This document shows, piece by piece, positions 22,633-32,882 of a stretch of DNA of 64,000 bases. Under the pieces are notes generated by a model. It was not told the DNA's origin. It did not search any database and was given only the letters and a program-made list of their open reading frames with translations. This DNA comes from Squalus acanthias (Eukaryota). Both the position numbers and the translations under genes were made by a program. Location of the stretch: positions 186,001-250,000 of the forward strand of contig JASTWF010000347.1 of NCBI GenBank assembly GCA_030390025.1, given 5' to 3'. Every line of letters begins with the position of its first letter. Within the stretch, counting starts at the first letter, position 1.

Positions 22633-24907
22633 ACAATGTGGAAAATTTCCCAGGTATGTCCTCTCCACAAAAAGCAGGACAAATCCAATCCGACCAATTA
22701 CTGCCCCATCAGTCTACTCTCAATCATCAGCAAAGTGATGGAAGGTGTCGTCGACAGTGCTGTCAAGCGGCACTTACTCACCAATAACCTGCTCATAGAA
22801 ACATAGAAGATAGGAGCAGGAGTTGGCCATTCGGCCCCTCAAGCCTGCTCCGCCATTTAATGAGATCATGGCTGATCATCCAAATTCAGTACCCTGTCCC
22901 TGCTTTCTCCCCATATCCCTTGATCCCTTTAGCCTTAAGAAATATATCTATCTCCTTCTTGAATATATTTAATGAATTGGCCTCTACTGCCTTCTGTGGT
23001 AGAGAATTCCACAGGTTCACCACTCTCTGGGTGAAGAAATTCCTCCTCATCTCAGTCCTAAATGGCTTACCCCTTATCCTTAGACTGTGACCCCTGGTTC
23101 TGGACTCCCCCGCCATCGGGAACATCCTTCCTGCATCTAGTCTGTCTAGTCCTGTTAGAATTTTATAAGTTTCAATGAGATCCCCTCTCATTCTTCGAAA
23201 CTCTAGCGAATATAAGCCTAATCGACCCAATCTCTCTTCATACGTCATTCCTGCCATCCCAGGTATCAGTCTGGTAAATCTTCGCTGCACTCCCTCCATG
23301 GCAAGAACATCCTTCCTCAGATAAGGCGACCAAAACTGCACACAATACTCAAGGTGTGGTCTCACCAAGGCCTTGTACAACTGCAGCAAGACATCCTTGC
23401 TCCTGTACTCGAATCCTCTCGCTATGAAGGCCAACATACCATTTGCCTTCTTAACCGCCTGCTGCACCTGCATGCTTACCTTCAGCGACTGGTGCACAAG
23501 GACTCCCAGATCTCGTTGCACTTCCCCTTTTCCCAATCTATTGCCATTCAGATAATAATCTGTCTTCCTGTTTTTGCCACCAAAGTGGATAACCTCGCAT
23601 TTATCCACATTATACTGCATCTGCCATGCATCTGATGTTCAGTTTGGGTTCCACCACGACCGCTTAGCTCCAAACCTCAGTACAGCCTTGATCCAAACAT
23701 GGACAGAAGAGCTGAATTCCAGAGGTGAGGTGAGAGTGACTGCTCTTGACATCAAGGCAGCATTTGACCGAGTGTGGCATCAAGGAGCCCTAGTAAAACT
23801 GAAGCCAATGGGAATCAGGGGGAAACTCTCCACTGGCTGGAGTCATACCTAGCACAAAGGAAGATAGTTGTGGTTGTTGAAGGTCAATCATCTCAGCCCC
23901 AGGACATCGCTGCAGGAGTGCCTCAAGGCAGTGTCCTAGGCTTAACCATCTTCAGCTGCTTCATCAATGTCCTTCCCTTACCATAAGGTCAGAAGTGGGG
24001 ATGTTCGCTGATGATTGCACAGTGATCAATTCCATTGACAACTCCTCAGTTAATGAAGTAGTCCGTGCCTGCATGCAGCAAGACCTGGATGACATTCAGG
24101 TTTGGGCTGATAAGTGGCAAGTAACATTCGCGCCACACAAATGCCAGGCATTGACTATCTCTAACAAGATAGAGTCTAACCACTGACCCTTGCCATTCAA
24201 CAGCATTACCATCGCCGAATCCCCCACCATCAACATCCTGGGGGTTACCATTGACCAGAAACTTAACTGGACCAGCCACATAAATACTGTGGCTACAAGA
24301 GCAGGTCAGAGGCTGGGTATTCTGCGGCGCGTGTCTCACCTCCTGACTCCCCAAAGCCTTTCCACATCTACAAGGCATAAGTCAGGAGTCTGATGGAAAT
24401 ACTCTCCACTTGCCTGGATGAGTGCAGCTCCAACAACACTCAAGAGGCTCGACACCATTCAGGACAAAGCAGCCCGCTTGATCGGCCCCCCATCCACCAC
24501 CTTAAACATTCACTCCCACCACCACCGGCGTACCGTGGCTGCAGTGTGTACCATCTACAGGATGCACTGCAGCAACTCGCCAAGGCTTCTTCGACAGCAC
24601 CTCCCAAACCCACGACCTCTTCCACCTAGAAGGACAAGGACAGTCGGCACATGGGAACACCACCACCTGCAAGTTCCCCTCCAAGTTACACACACCATCC
24701 TGATTTGTAAATATATCGCCGTTCCTTCATCGTCGCTGGTTCCAAATCCTGGAACTCCCTATATAACAGCACTGTGGGAGCACCTTCACCACACGGACTG
24801 TAGCGATTCATGAAGGCAGCTCAAGACCAGCTTCTCAATGGCAACTGGAGATAGGCAATAAATGCTGGCCTTGCGTGCGATGTCCACATCCCAATTCAAT
24901 TAAAAAA
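22633..24907 (+). mobile_element. Second LINE lineage (jockey-group RT; clade uncertain), decayed, split by nested CR1
   Basis: HKKQDKSNP...PISLLSIISKVME before the insertion; QFGF, ALDIKAAFDRVWHQG, GVPQGSVLG, MFADDCT after it; tail ggcaataaatgctggccttg. Confidence 0.8.
22794..23630 (-). mobile_element. Nested CR1 3' fragment with intact frame
   Basis: ORF 22886..23620; tail catagaaacatagaag; same subfamily as 32881-35610. Confidence 0.92.
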
Positions 24908-25171
24908 TCTAAATAGTAAAACTTTAAGAGGAGTAGAGGAGCAGAGAGAAGTGGGGTGTTAGATTCCAGCTAACGCCTTGTCTTATTATTTAATTAATAG
25001 GTCCAAGAATTGAGCGTCAACAACTTTAAGATGAGCAGATTCTCTGTCCTCCACCGTATCTTATATTGATCCATCAAGCAGAGTAAACAGGCAACTCCCA
25101 CGTGCGACTAAGGTAAGTTTGTTGGACGCGACCTTCTTTTCCAGAAGCTGTGTGAGTATTTCTAATGGATC

Positions 25172-25440
25172 CGTCCCTGCCCCAGTGACCATAAACAGCA
25201 TCTCTCAGGATCCCTTCAAGCATCTTCCCTCTGATCGAGACCACACTGATGGGCCTGTAGTTCTCTGGCTCTGATTCTCCGTTTTGAAAATGGGAATGAC
25301 GTGAGCTCCCTTCTAATCTCGGGGAACAATCCCTGACTCTATTGAGCTGTTGATGATACGGGCAAGGGGCTCACAGAGCACCGTCCCATCTCTTTAAACA
25401 CCCTTGGGTGGATATCATCTGGACCTGGAGCTCCAGCTAA
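25172..25440 (-). mobile_element. Old CR1-like ORF2 fragment; similar copy at 46680-46916
   Basis: Minus-strand PGPDDIHPRVFKE and NYRPISV motifs. Confidence 0.6.
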
Positions 25441-25506
25441 TTTCAGATTTCCTATTTTATCCAAGATGACAAACCCTTTCTATTTTAATACTTATGATGA
25501 TATTGT

Positions 25507-25903
25507 TCCCTGACCTGTCACCATTTCTCCTTCATTTACAGACGCTCCCTGACTAGTCACCATTTCACCCGCATTTACAGACGCTCCCTGACCAGTCACC
25601 ATTTCTTCCCCATTTACAGACGCTCCCTGACCAGTCTCCATTTCTCCTCCATTTACAGACGCTCCCTGAACTGTGTCCATTTCTCCTCCATTTACAGACG
25701 CACCCTGACCAGTCTCCATTTCTCCTCCATTTACAGACGCTCCCTGATCAGTCACCATTTCTCATCCATTTACAGACGCTCCCTGACCAGTCACCATTTC
25801 TCCTCCATTTACAGATGCTCCCTGACCAGTCACCATTGCTCCTCCATTTACAGATGCTCCCTGACCAGTCACCATTGCTCCTCCATTTACAGACGCTCCC
25901 TGA
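25507..25903. repeat. 39-bp minisatellite, about 10 copies, inverted relative to 18984-19363
   Basis: ccagtcaccatttctcctccatttacagacgctccctga. Confidence 0.95.
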
Positions 25904-25904
25904 C

Positions 25905-26590
25905 TTCCTGTCTGTCCCGGAGTTTGGCGCGGGGCCCCTTTGCTGAGTGAATCGGGAAGCGGCGGGCGGATAATGTGGAGTGTTTTAATAATGGGGCCTG
26001 GGGCCGCACTCGGGGTGTGTGCAGCCCGCGTCCCCCCGGGGTTTATTAACCCGCTCCCTGAGCTCTCTCACCTGATGTGTCAGCGGCTGCTGCCAAGGTC
26101 CGCGCATGCTCAGCTCACCTTCTGTTCTTCAGGTTTAAAGGTCAAGCCCCGCCCCTCACACACTCCGATTGGTTGGAGGACCCGCCGCCCGCTCGGTCCT
26201 CCAGTCCCGCCCCGCTCTTCCTATTGGTCCGGAGCTCCCGTCAATCACCCGGGCAGTGTGAGCTGAGCATGCGCGGACCTTGGCAGCAGCCGCTGACACA
26301 TCAGGTGAGAGAGCTCAGGGAGCGGGTTAATAAACCCCGGGGGGACGCGGGCTGCACACACCCCGAGTGCGGCCCCAGGCCCCATTATTAAAACACTCAA
26401 CATTATCCGCTTCACAAACACCCGGGGTGGGCCTCAGGCCCCGAACAAGAGCCTCCGGGCCGGGCGTTTGCCCCGAGCGGGGCGGCAGCTGCGGGGCTTT
26501 CTCCCGGTGACAGGCCCGGGTTAACGGCCGCCATCTTGACAGGCTCAGGGGGCAGCAGGGCGCATGCGCGGCCCCCTTGGCCAGGAACCA
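25905..26590 (+). promoter_or_regulatory. Type-A palindromic CpG promoter of ZNF4 (inverted arms 25966-26118 and 26258-26410)
   Basis: 153-bp inverted repeat with one mismatch around a 139-bp CCAAT/GC-box core; donor-like cag|gtgaga at 26305; YY1 gccgccatctt; acceptor at 26658. Confidence 0.75.
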
Positions 26591-27022
26591 GGAGGAGAGA
26601 ATCTTGTCAATTTCTATCCTGGACTCACAGTCATGGCTTTTGGAAACTCCTTTTACAGGCTGTGAGAAGGGCAGCATTTACACACCGCAAACTCACACCA
26701 AACATCACATCAAGATCTGACAGAGTCACTCCATTCATCAGGACCCGAATATCATCGGCCTTTGAATGTGGAAGGAGAAATGTTTGTCTGTTCTGTTTGT
26801 GGAGAAAGATTTCAAACATCAGTGTGACCGGAAAAGCACCGAGACACACACACCCGAGTGAGAGTGTTCCAGTGCACTGACTGTGGAAAGAGCTTTAACC
26901 AGTTACACAGCCTGAAAAAACATCGCACCATTCACAGCGGGGAGAAACCGTACACGTGTTCTGTGTGTGGACGAGGCTTCAACTGATCGTCCAACCTGGA
27001 GAGACACAAGGACACCCGCACC

Positions 27023-27949
27023 ATGGAGAAACCGTGGGAATGTGGGGACTGTGGGAAGGGATTCAGCTCCCCGTCCCGGCTGGAAACTCACCGGCGCATT
27101 CACACCGGGGAGAGGCCGTTCACCTGCTCCGTGTGTGGGAAGGGATTCAGTCAGTCATCCCACCTTCTGACACACCAGCGAGTTCACACTGGGGAGAGAC
27201 CATTCAGTTGCTCTCACTGCGGGAAGAGATTCGGGCAGTTATCGAACCTCACTGACCACCAGCGAGTTCACACTGGAGAGAGGCCATTCAGTTGCTCTCA
27301 GTGCGGGAAGAGGTTCGGACAGTCATCTAGCCTCACTGAACACATGCGAGTTCACACTGGGGAGAGGCCGTTCACCTGCATTGTGTGTGGAAAGGGATTT
27401 GCTCGATTAGCCAACCTCACTAAACACCAACTTGTTCACACTGAAAAGAGACCTTTCAAATGTTCTGAGTGTGAGAAGAGCTTTAAAAGCACAAGAGATC
27501 TGTTGACACACCAACACACTCACACTGGGGAGAGGCCGTTCACCTGCTCCGTTTGTGGGAAGGGATTTGCTAATTCATCCAACCTGCTGACACACCATCG
27601 AGTTCACACTGGGGAGAGGCCGTTCACCTGCTCCATTTGTGGGAAAAAATTCATTCAGTCATCCCACCTGCTGACACACCAGCGAGTTCACACTGGGGAG
27701 AGGCCGTTCACCTGCTCTGTGTGTGGGAAGGGATACACTGATTCATCCACCCTGTTGAGACACCAGCGAGTTCACACTGAGGAGAGACCATTCACTTGCT
27801 CCGTGTGTGGGAAGGGATTCATCCAGTCATCCCACCTGCTGAATCATCAGCGAATTCACACTGGGGAGAGGCCGTTCTCCTGCTCTGAGTGTGGGAAGGG
27901 ATTCACTCGGTCATCCCACCTGCTGAAACACCAGCGAGTTCACAAGTGA
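27023..27949 (+). CDS. ZNF4: C2H2 zinc-finger protein, 11 fingers (MEKPW class)
   Basis: accATGg Kozak context; intact 308-aa ORF; conserved 3' UTR with AATAAA at 28090-28095. Confidence 0.9.
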   Translation: MEKPWECGDCGKGFSSPSRLETHRRIHTGERPFTCSVCGKGFSQSSHLLTHQRVHTGERPFSCSHCGKRFGQLSNLTDHQRVHTGERPFSCSQCGKRFGQSSSLTEHMRVHTGERPFTCIVCGKGFARLANLTKHQLVHTEKRPFKCSECEKSFKSTRDLLTHQHTHTGERPFTCSVCGKGFANSSNLLTHHRVHTGERPFTCSICGKKFIQSSHLLTHQRVHTGERPFTCSVCGKGYTDSSTLLRHQRVHTEERPFTCSVCGKGFIQSSHLLNHQRIHTGERPFSCSECGKGFTRSSHLLKHQRVHK

Positions 27950-28213
27950 CTGCAGTGGGTTGATTCTGCTGTTATTGCTGTTAATCACATCCAGACTGAA
28001 CCTTGTTCATTCTGACAGTTGGGGTTTGTTTCTGCTGATGTTAATAACCCTATAACTGGGCTGGAGTTTAATATTCTCGATAAACGTCAAATAAATCAGT
28101 TTTGTTTCAAACACGCAATGTGTCGAGTATTTGTTTCCTCCAAGATGAGAGGAGATTAACAGAACTGGAAAAAGTTGGAAAAGTAACAGATTTTTAAGCA
28201 ATGTTTTCCATTT

Positions 28214-28337
28214 TTGATGAAGGGTCATCGACCTGAAACGTTAACTCTGTTTCTCTCTCCACGGATGCTGCCTGGCCTGCTGAGTGTTTCCAGCATTTTC
28301 TGTTGTTTCAGATTTCCAGCATCCGCAGTATTTTGCT
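28214..28337 (+). mobile_element. Penelope-like terminal repeat, hammerhead core mutated
   Basis: ttgatgaagggtcatcgacctgaaacgttaactctg...ttccagcatccgcagtattttgc. Confidence 0.65.
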
Positions 28338-28351
28338 GCAGAAAATCATCT

Positions 28352-28682
28352 GGTGGATGCTGATTCGCTCAATTCCTTCAAGCGAGAGCTGGACCTGTTT
28401 CTGGCTGGGGTGGAGATCACCTCTTACAGAAGGTAGGCACTGCTGGGAATTCAGGGCCAGAGTGATCTCCTGGACTAGTTTCGATCGCCTAGATGGGTCG
28501 GACAGGAATTTGCAAGATTTTCTTGGCCTGGATTTTTACCTTTTTTTTGCCTCTCCCAGGAGCTCACATGATTTCGGGAGGGGTGGAGTGTATATATTGT
28601 GATACACAAGGTATCGCAAATGTGTGGGACAGGCTGGATGGACCAGAGGGTCTTTACCTGTCCCTCATTGTTCGGATGTTCC
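28352..28682 (+). mobile_element. CR1-like 3' end with long 3' UTR
   Basis: DADSLNSFKRELDLFL ORF2 C-terminus; ggctggatggaccagagggtcttt terminal motif. Confidence 0.6.
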
Positions 28683-28714
28683 ATTCACTAATCAGGTCTT
28701 TCACTGGCGGGGCT

Positions 28715-29025
28715 TTTACCCAGCATACCCCGCGGTGGGGAATGTGCCACACCCAGACTACAGGAGCCCAGTGCGCAGGCGCGGTACCGGGCTGTGTTTG
28801 GAGCATGCGCAGTGCGTGGACTGGAGAAGGACAGAGCCTGGTCACGGGCTCCTTGCAGCGCGTAATAGACGGCAGGGCTGAGCGGAGTAATGGACCGGCA
28901 AGTGGGCGGGGAGGGTTCATAAACAACTGGTGTCGGTCGCAAGCCTTGGATAGTAACCTGAAGGTCCCGCGTTTGCAGCTTCAGGGCTTCTCCCGGTCAC
29001 AGGCCCAGGATAACGGCCGCCATCA
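28715..29025 (+). promoter_or_regulatory. Type-B CpG promoter copy with no adjacent ZNF exon
   Basis: ZNF143/Staf-like ttacccagcataccccgcg (28716-28734), gcatgcgca, gccgccat; duplicated at 30845-31115. Confidence 0.6.
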
Positions 29026-29045
29026 TGATTCAACTCCTGGTGTAG

Positions 29046-29390
29046 GCGAGAGGCCCAGCTGCCATTGCGGAGGGGCCGGGGCGATAGCGAGAGGCCCAGC
29101 TGCCAGTGCGGAGGGGCTGGGGCGATAGCGAGAGGCCCAGCTGCCAGTGCAGAGGGGCCAGGGCGATAGCGAGAGGCTCAGCTGCCAGTGCGGAGGGGCC
29201 GGGGCGATAGCGAGAGGCCCAGCTGCCAGTGCAGAGGGGCCGGGGCGATAGCGAGAGGCCCAGCTGCCAGTGCGGAGGGGCCGGGGCGATAGCGAGAGGC
29301 CCAGCTGCCAGTGCGGAGGGGCCGGGGCGATAGCGAGAGGCCCAGCTGCTCGTGGGGAACTCCAGCACGGAGGGGCCGGGGCGTAGGGCC
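29046..29390. repeat. 41-bp GC-rich minisatellite, about 7-8 copies
   Basis: gcgagaggcccagctgccagtgcggaggggccggggcgata. Confidence 0.93.
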
Positions 29391-30844
29391 CAGTGTGGAA
29401 GATCCAGAGGAGAGTGGCCTGAGCGGGAGACCCAGCACGGAGAGCCCCAGGCGGGGGACTCAGGGTGGAGTGGCTGGTCGGCAGAGGTGGAGTCGGGAGA
29501 TGCGGTTGGTGAGCATTGCTGCACTGGTTCTAAAAGTTGCAGAATGGTCGCGGGCCTGAATGAGTTCCAGCGGCCCAGCATGTGCTCTGTCCGGCGGCAG
29601 CTGTGAGGCTTTTTCTTGGCCATGGGACTGGTTTATGCGTCACCATATTGGTGGAGGAAAGACAAACTGTTTCCATCTGTAATGGGGCCGTGAGCGGTTA
29701 CAAGATGGAAAATGTGAATGGTTAAAAGACGGAAAATAAAAGGAGAGTAAAAGACAGAGCAAAGTAATATCGGTAAGGAATGATGAGTATTCTTTGATGG
29801 TTGGGTCCTGTGAGCGATAACAGCAAGCAGAAGAAGATTTGAGTGTTCGGTCTTTTTACGGGATTTCAGGAAGTGGATGGCTTCTTTTTCCGTGGAAGGG
29901 CTGAAGACTGTGGACAAGGACTATGACTTTACATGGTTCGACAACATCAAATGATATGAGTTAATGGATTGCCAATAGGACTGGCGTAGAACTGGTATTT
30001 AATTGTTTTGTTGGGAAGGTTTCAGGTTTTCTGTTTGAAAGCAGTTTACTTGAAGCTTAATTGATTTTCTGATAAGGACTGTGGGAATTTGCACATGATG
30101 ATGTATTGGTGGTTATGTAGGAATTTACTTTGAGGTTATTGTCTAGTGTTGGTGTGTTTGAAAAGATAAAGTAAATTAATATTGGTAATTTATTGAATGA
30201 ACGGACGCTCGAGTGAACGAACGGACGAACGATTCGAACGAACGCATTCATGCATATTGGAACTTACACTCGATCGAACGAATGATCACTTGTGCAGTGA
30301 TAGAACGAACGATTCAAGCGAACGCACGCAGGCGCGCACTTAGACAAATGATACGCACGCACGCACTCATACATACATAATGGAACTTACGCTCGATCGA
30401 ACGAACGAACGCTTGAATGAACGAACGATCAATTGAATGAATGATCGAATGATCAAACGAACAATGCCAGTAGGACTGGCGTAAAATGGGTTTTTTCTTG
30501 GTTTATTGGAATAAGTGTTATCTGTAGCATTTAATTGGATTATGATGGTGCGATGTGTTTGTACACTGTGGTGTTGAAATGGTTTTTGTTTTATGTGGAG
30601 TTAACTTTGAGATTTATTACTTTAAATCTAAAAAGTTGTGTGGTATTGTTTAAGGGTATTTGTACTGTAAACATTATTGATTATTTGTAAAATTAATCAT
30701 TGCATTTATATTAACTATAAGGCTGTTTTTAAGGCTTTATTTTTTACTGTGATGGATGAATGTAATGGATTTACTATGTAATGGATTTACTATGTAATTG
30801 ATGAGTTGTATAAGTATTATTGTATTTGAATAAAAATATTACTC

Positions 30845-31200
30845 AGACTACAGGAGCCCAGTGCGCAGGCGCGGTACCGGGATGTGTTTGGAGCATGCGC
30901 AGTGCGAGTACTGGGGAAGGACAGAGCCTGGTCACGGGCTCCTTGCAGCGTGAACAGACGGCAAAGCCGAGCGGAGTAATGGACCGGCAAGTGGGCGGGG
31001 AGGGTTCATAAACAACTGGTGTCGGCCGCAAGTCCCGGATCATCACCTGAAGGTCCCGCGTTTGCAGCTACGGGGCTTTTTCCGGGTGATAGGCCCAGGT
31101 TAACGGTCGCCATCTTTGTGTAGGAAGTCGAAAATTAAGTGCGCCGCCATTTTGATTGAAAACATATTAGAACGTCTGCGCGGCCATCTTGGTACAGGAA
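30845..31200 (+). promoter_or_regulatory. Type-B CpG promoter of ZNF5
   Basis: Copy of 28755-29025 followed by three YY1-like gccatctt/gccatttt sites. Confidence 0.62.
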
Positions 31201-31554
31201 GATAAAGTGTGTGGGTTTCACGCTCTGTTCCCAACCGGGTCCCAGTGCCCGGGAGAGAGAAACATTGCTTCATTTATTTTATCCTCATTCTCCACACATC
31301 ACGTCACGATCTGACAGAGTCAGTCGATTGATCAGGACCTGACTATCATCGACCTTTGAAGGTGGATGAAAATGTTTTAACCAGTTACACAGCCTGAAAC
31401 AACATTGCACCATTCACAGCCTGGAGAAACCGTATACAGAAGAATTCATCAGAATCAGGAGTAGGCCACACGGCCCTTCGAGCCTGCTACGTGTTCTGTG
31501 TGTGGACAAGGCTTCAACTGATCCAACCTGGAGAGTCGCAAAGACACCTGTACC

Positions 31555-32061
31555 ACGGAGAAACCGTGGAAATGTGGGAGCTGTGGGAAGGGATTCAATT
31601 ACCCGTCTGAGCTGGAAAATCATCGATGCACTCACACCGGGGAGAGACTGTTCACCTGCTCCGAGTGCGGAAAGGGATTCACTCGTTCATCCAACCTTCT
31701 GATGCACCAGCACATTCACACTGGGGAGATGCCGTTCACCTGCTCCGTGTGTGGGAAAGGATTTAATCGATCATCCAACCTTCTGATGCACAAGCGAGTT
31801 CACACTGGGGAGAGGCCGTTCACCTGCTCTGTGTGTGAGAAGGGATTCACTCGGTCATCCGCCCTGCTGAGACACCAGCGAGTTCACACTGGGGAGAGGT
31901 CGTTCACCTGCTCTGAGTGTGGGAAGGGATTCACTCAGTCATCCCACCTGCTGAGACACCAGCGAATTCACACTGGGGAGAGGCCATTCACCTGCGCCGT
32001 GTGTGGGAAGGGATTCACTCGGTCATCCCACCTGCCGAGACACCAGCGAGTTCACAAGTGA
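31555..32061 (+). CDS. ZNF5: 6-finger C2H2 array, open from ACG (31555); first ATG is inside finger 2 (31702); status uncertain
   Basis: Frame open from 31522 to HQRVHK*; leader has deletions, a CR1-tail insertion (about 31439-31488) and TGA 31519-31521; splice acceptor appears deleted. Confidence 0.55.
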   Translation, partial: TEKPWKCGSCGKGFNYPSELENHRCTHTGERLFTCSECGKGFTRSSNLLMHQHIHTGEMPFTCSVCGKGFNRSSNLLMHKRVHTGERPFTCSVCEKGFTRSSALLRHQRVHTGERSFTCSECGKGFTQSSHLLRHQRIHTGERPFTCAVCGKGFTRSSHLPRHQRVHK

Positions 32062-32584
32062 CTGCAGAGATTGGATTCTGTTGTTATTGCTGCTGTTAAT
32101 CGTACCCAGGACTGAACCCTGTTCATTCTGACAGTTGAGGTATGTTTCTGCTGATGTTAAACTCCAGCCCAGTTCTAGGGGTTATTAATATTCTGGATAT
32201 ATGGCTGGTTGACTTGTTGGGGCTGTAGTGTCCCTTTAAGAATCGCTGTCTGATTTTCCCCCTTAATTCAGGGACTCTCATCAGAAATTTGTTTGCAATA
32301 AAATTATGAACTTTTACTTCAATCCTAAATTGATCTTTGGTACAAAATCTACAATTCAGTGTCTGAAAGGTTTCACTGATTAACATCTCCAATTAGAAAG
32401 TGCTGATTAATTCTTGCTGACCATTCTTACTGACTTGCACATTACACACAGTGACACCTCCATTATCCACCAGAAAGAAGGGGAATGGGAATTGGTGGAG
32501 AATCGAGAGTCCCCAAATGTTGCCCCTCCCGTCTGGTACAGCAATCCCCTCGGCACGGGAATGGAAACTTGTCCAATCTTATCA

Positions 32585-32882
32585 GTGACAGTGGGGTTGG
32601 TTTATATCAGACAGGAGGAGATTGGTGTCAGTGACTGTGGGGATAGTTTATATCAGACAGGAGGAGATTGGTGTCAGTGACTGTGGGATTGGTTTATATC
32701 AGCCAGGAGGAGATTGGTGTCAGTCACTGTGGGGTTGGTTTATATCAGACAGGAGGAGATTGGTGTCAGTGAGTGTGGGGTTGGTTTATATCAGACAGGA
32801 GGAGATTGGTGTCAATGACTGTGGGGTTGGTTTATATTAGACAGGAGGAGATTGGTGTCAGTGACTGTGGGGTTGGTTTATA
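32585..32882. repeat. 46-bp minisatellite of the ZNF 3' flank; continues at 35611-35671 after the CR1 insertion
   Basis: gtgactgtggggttggtttatatcagacaggaggagattggtgtca; uninterrupted inverted array at 49985-50238. Confidence 0.93.

Noticed and set aside
26119..26257. Invertible (phase-variation-like) promoter core between inverted arms
   Set aside because: Core orientation relative to the adjacent gene is the same in ZNF3, 4, 8 and 9; no recombinase in the window
25966..26410. Palindrome as a MITE or foldback transposon
   Set aside because: No target-site duplication visible, flanks are shared between copies, and the core also occurs without arms near 1395-1480
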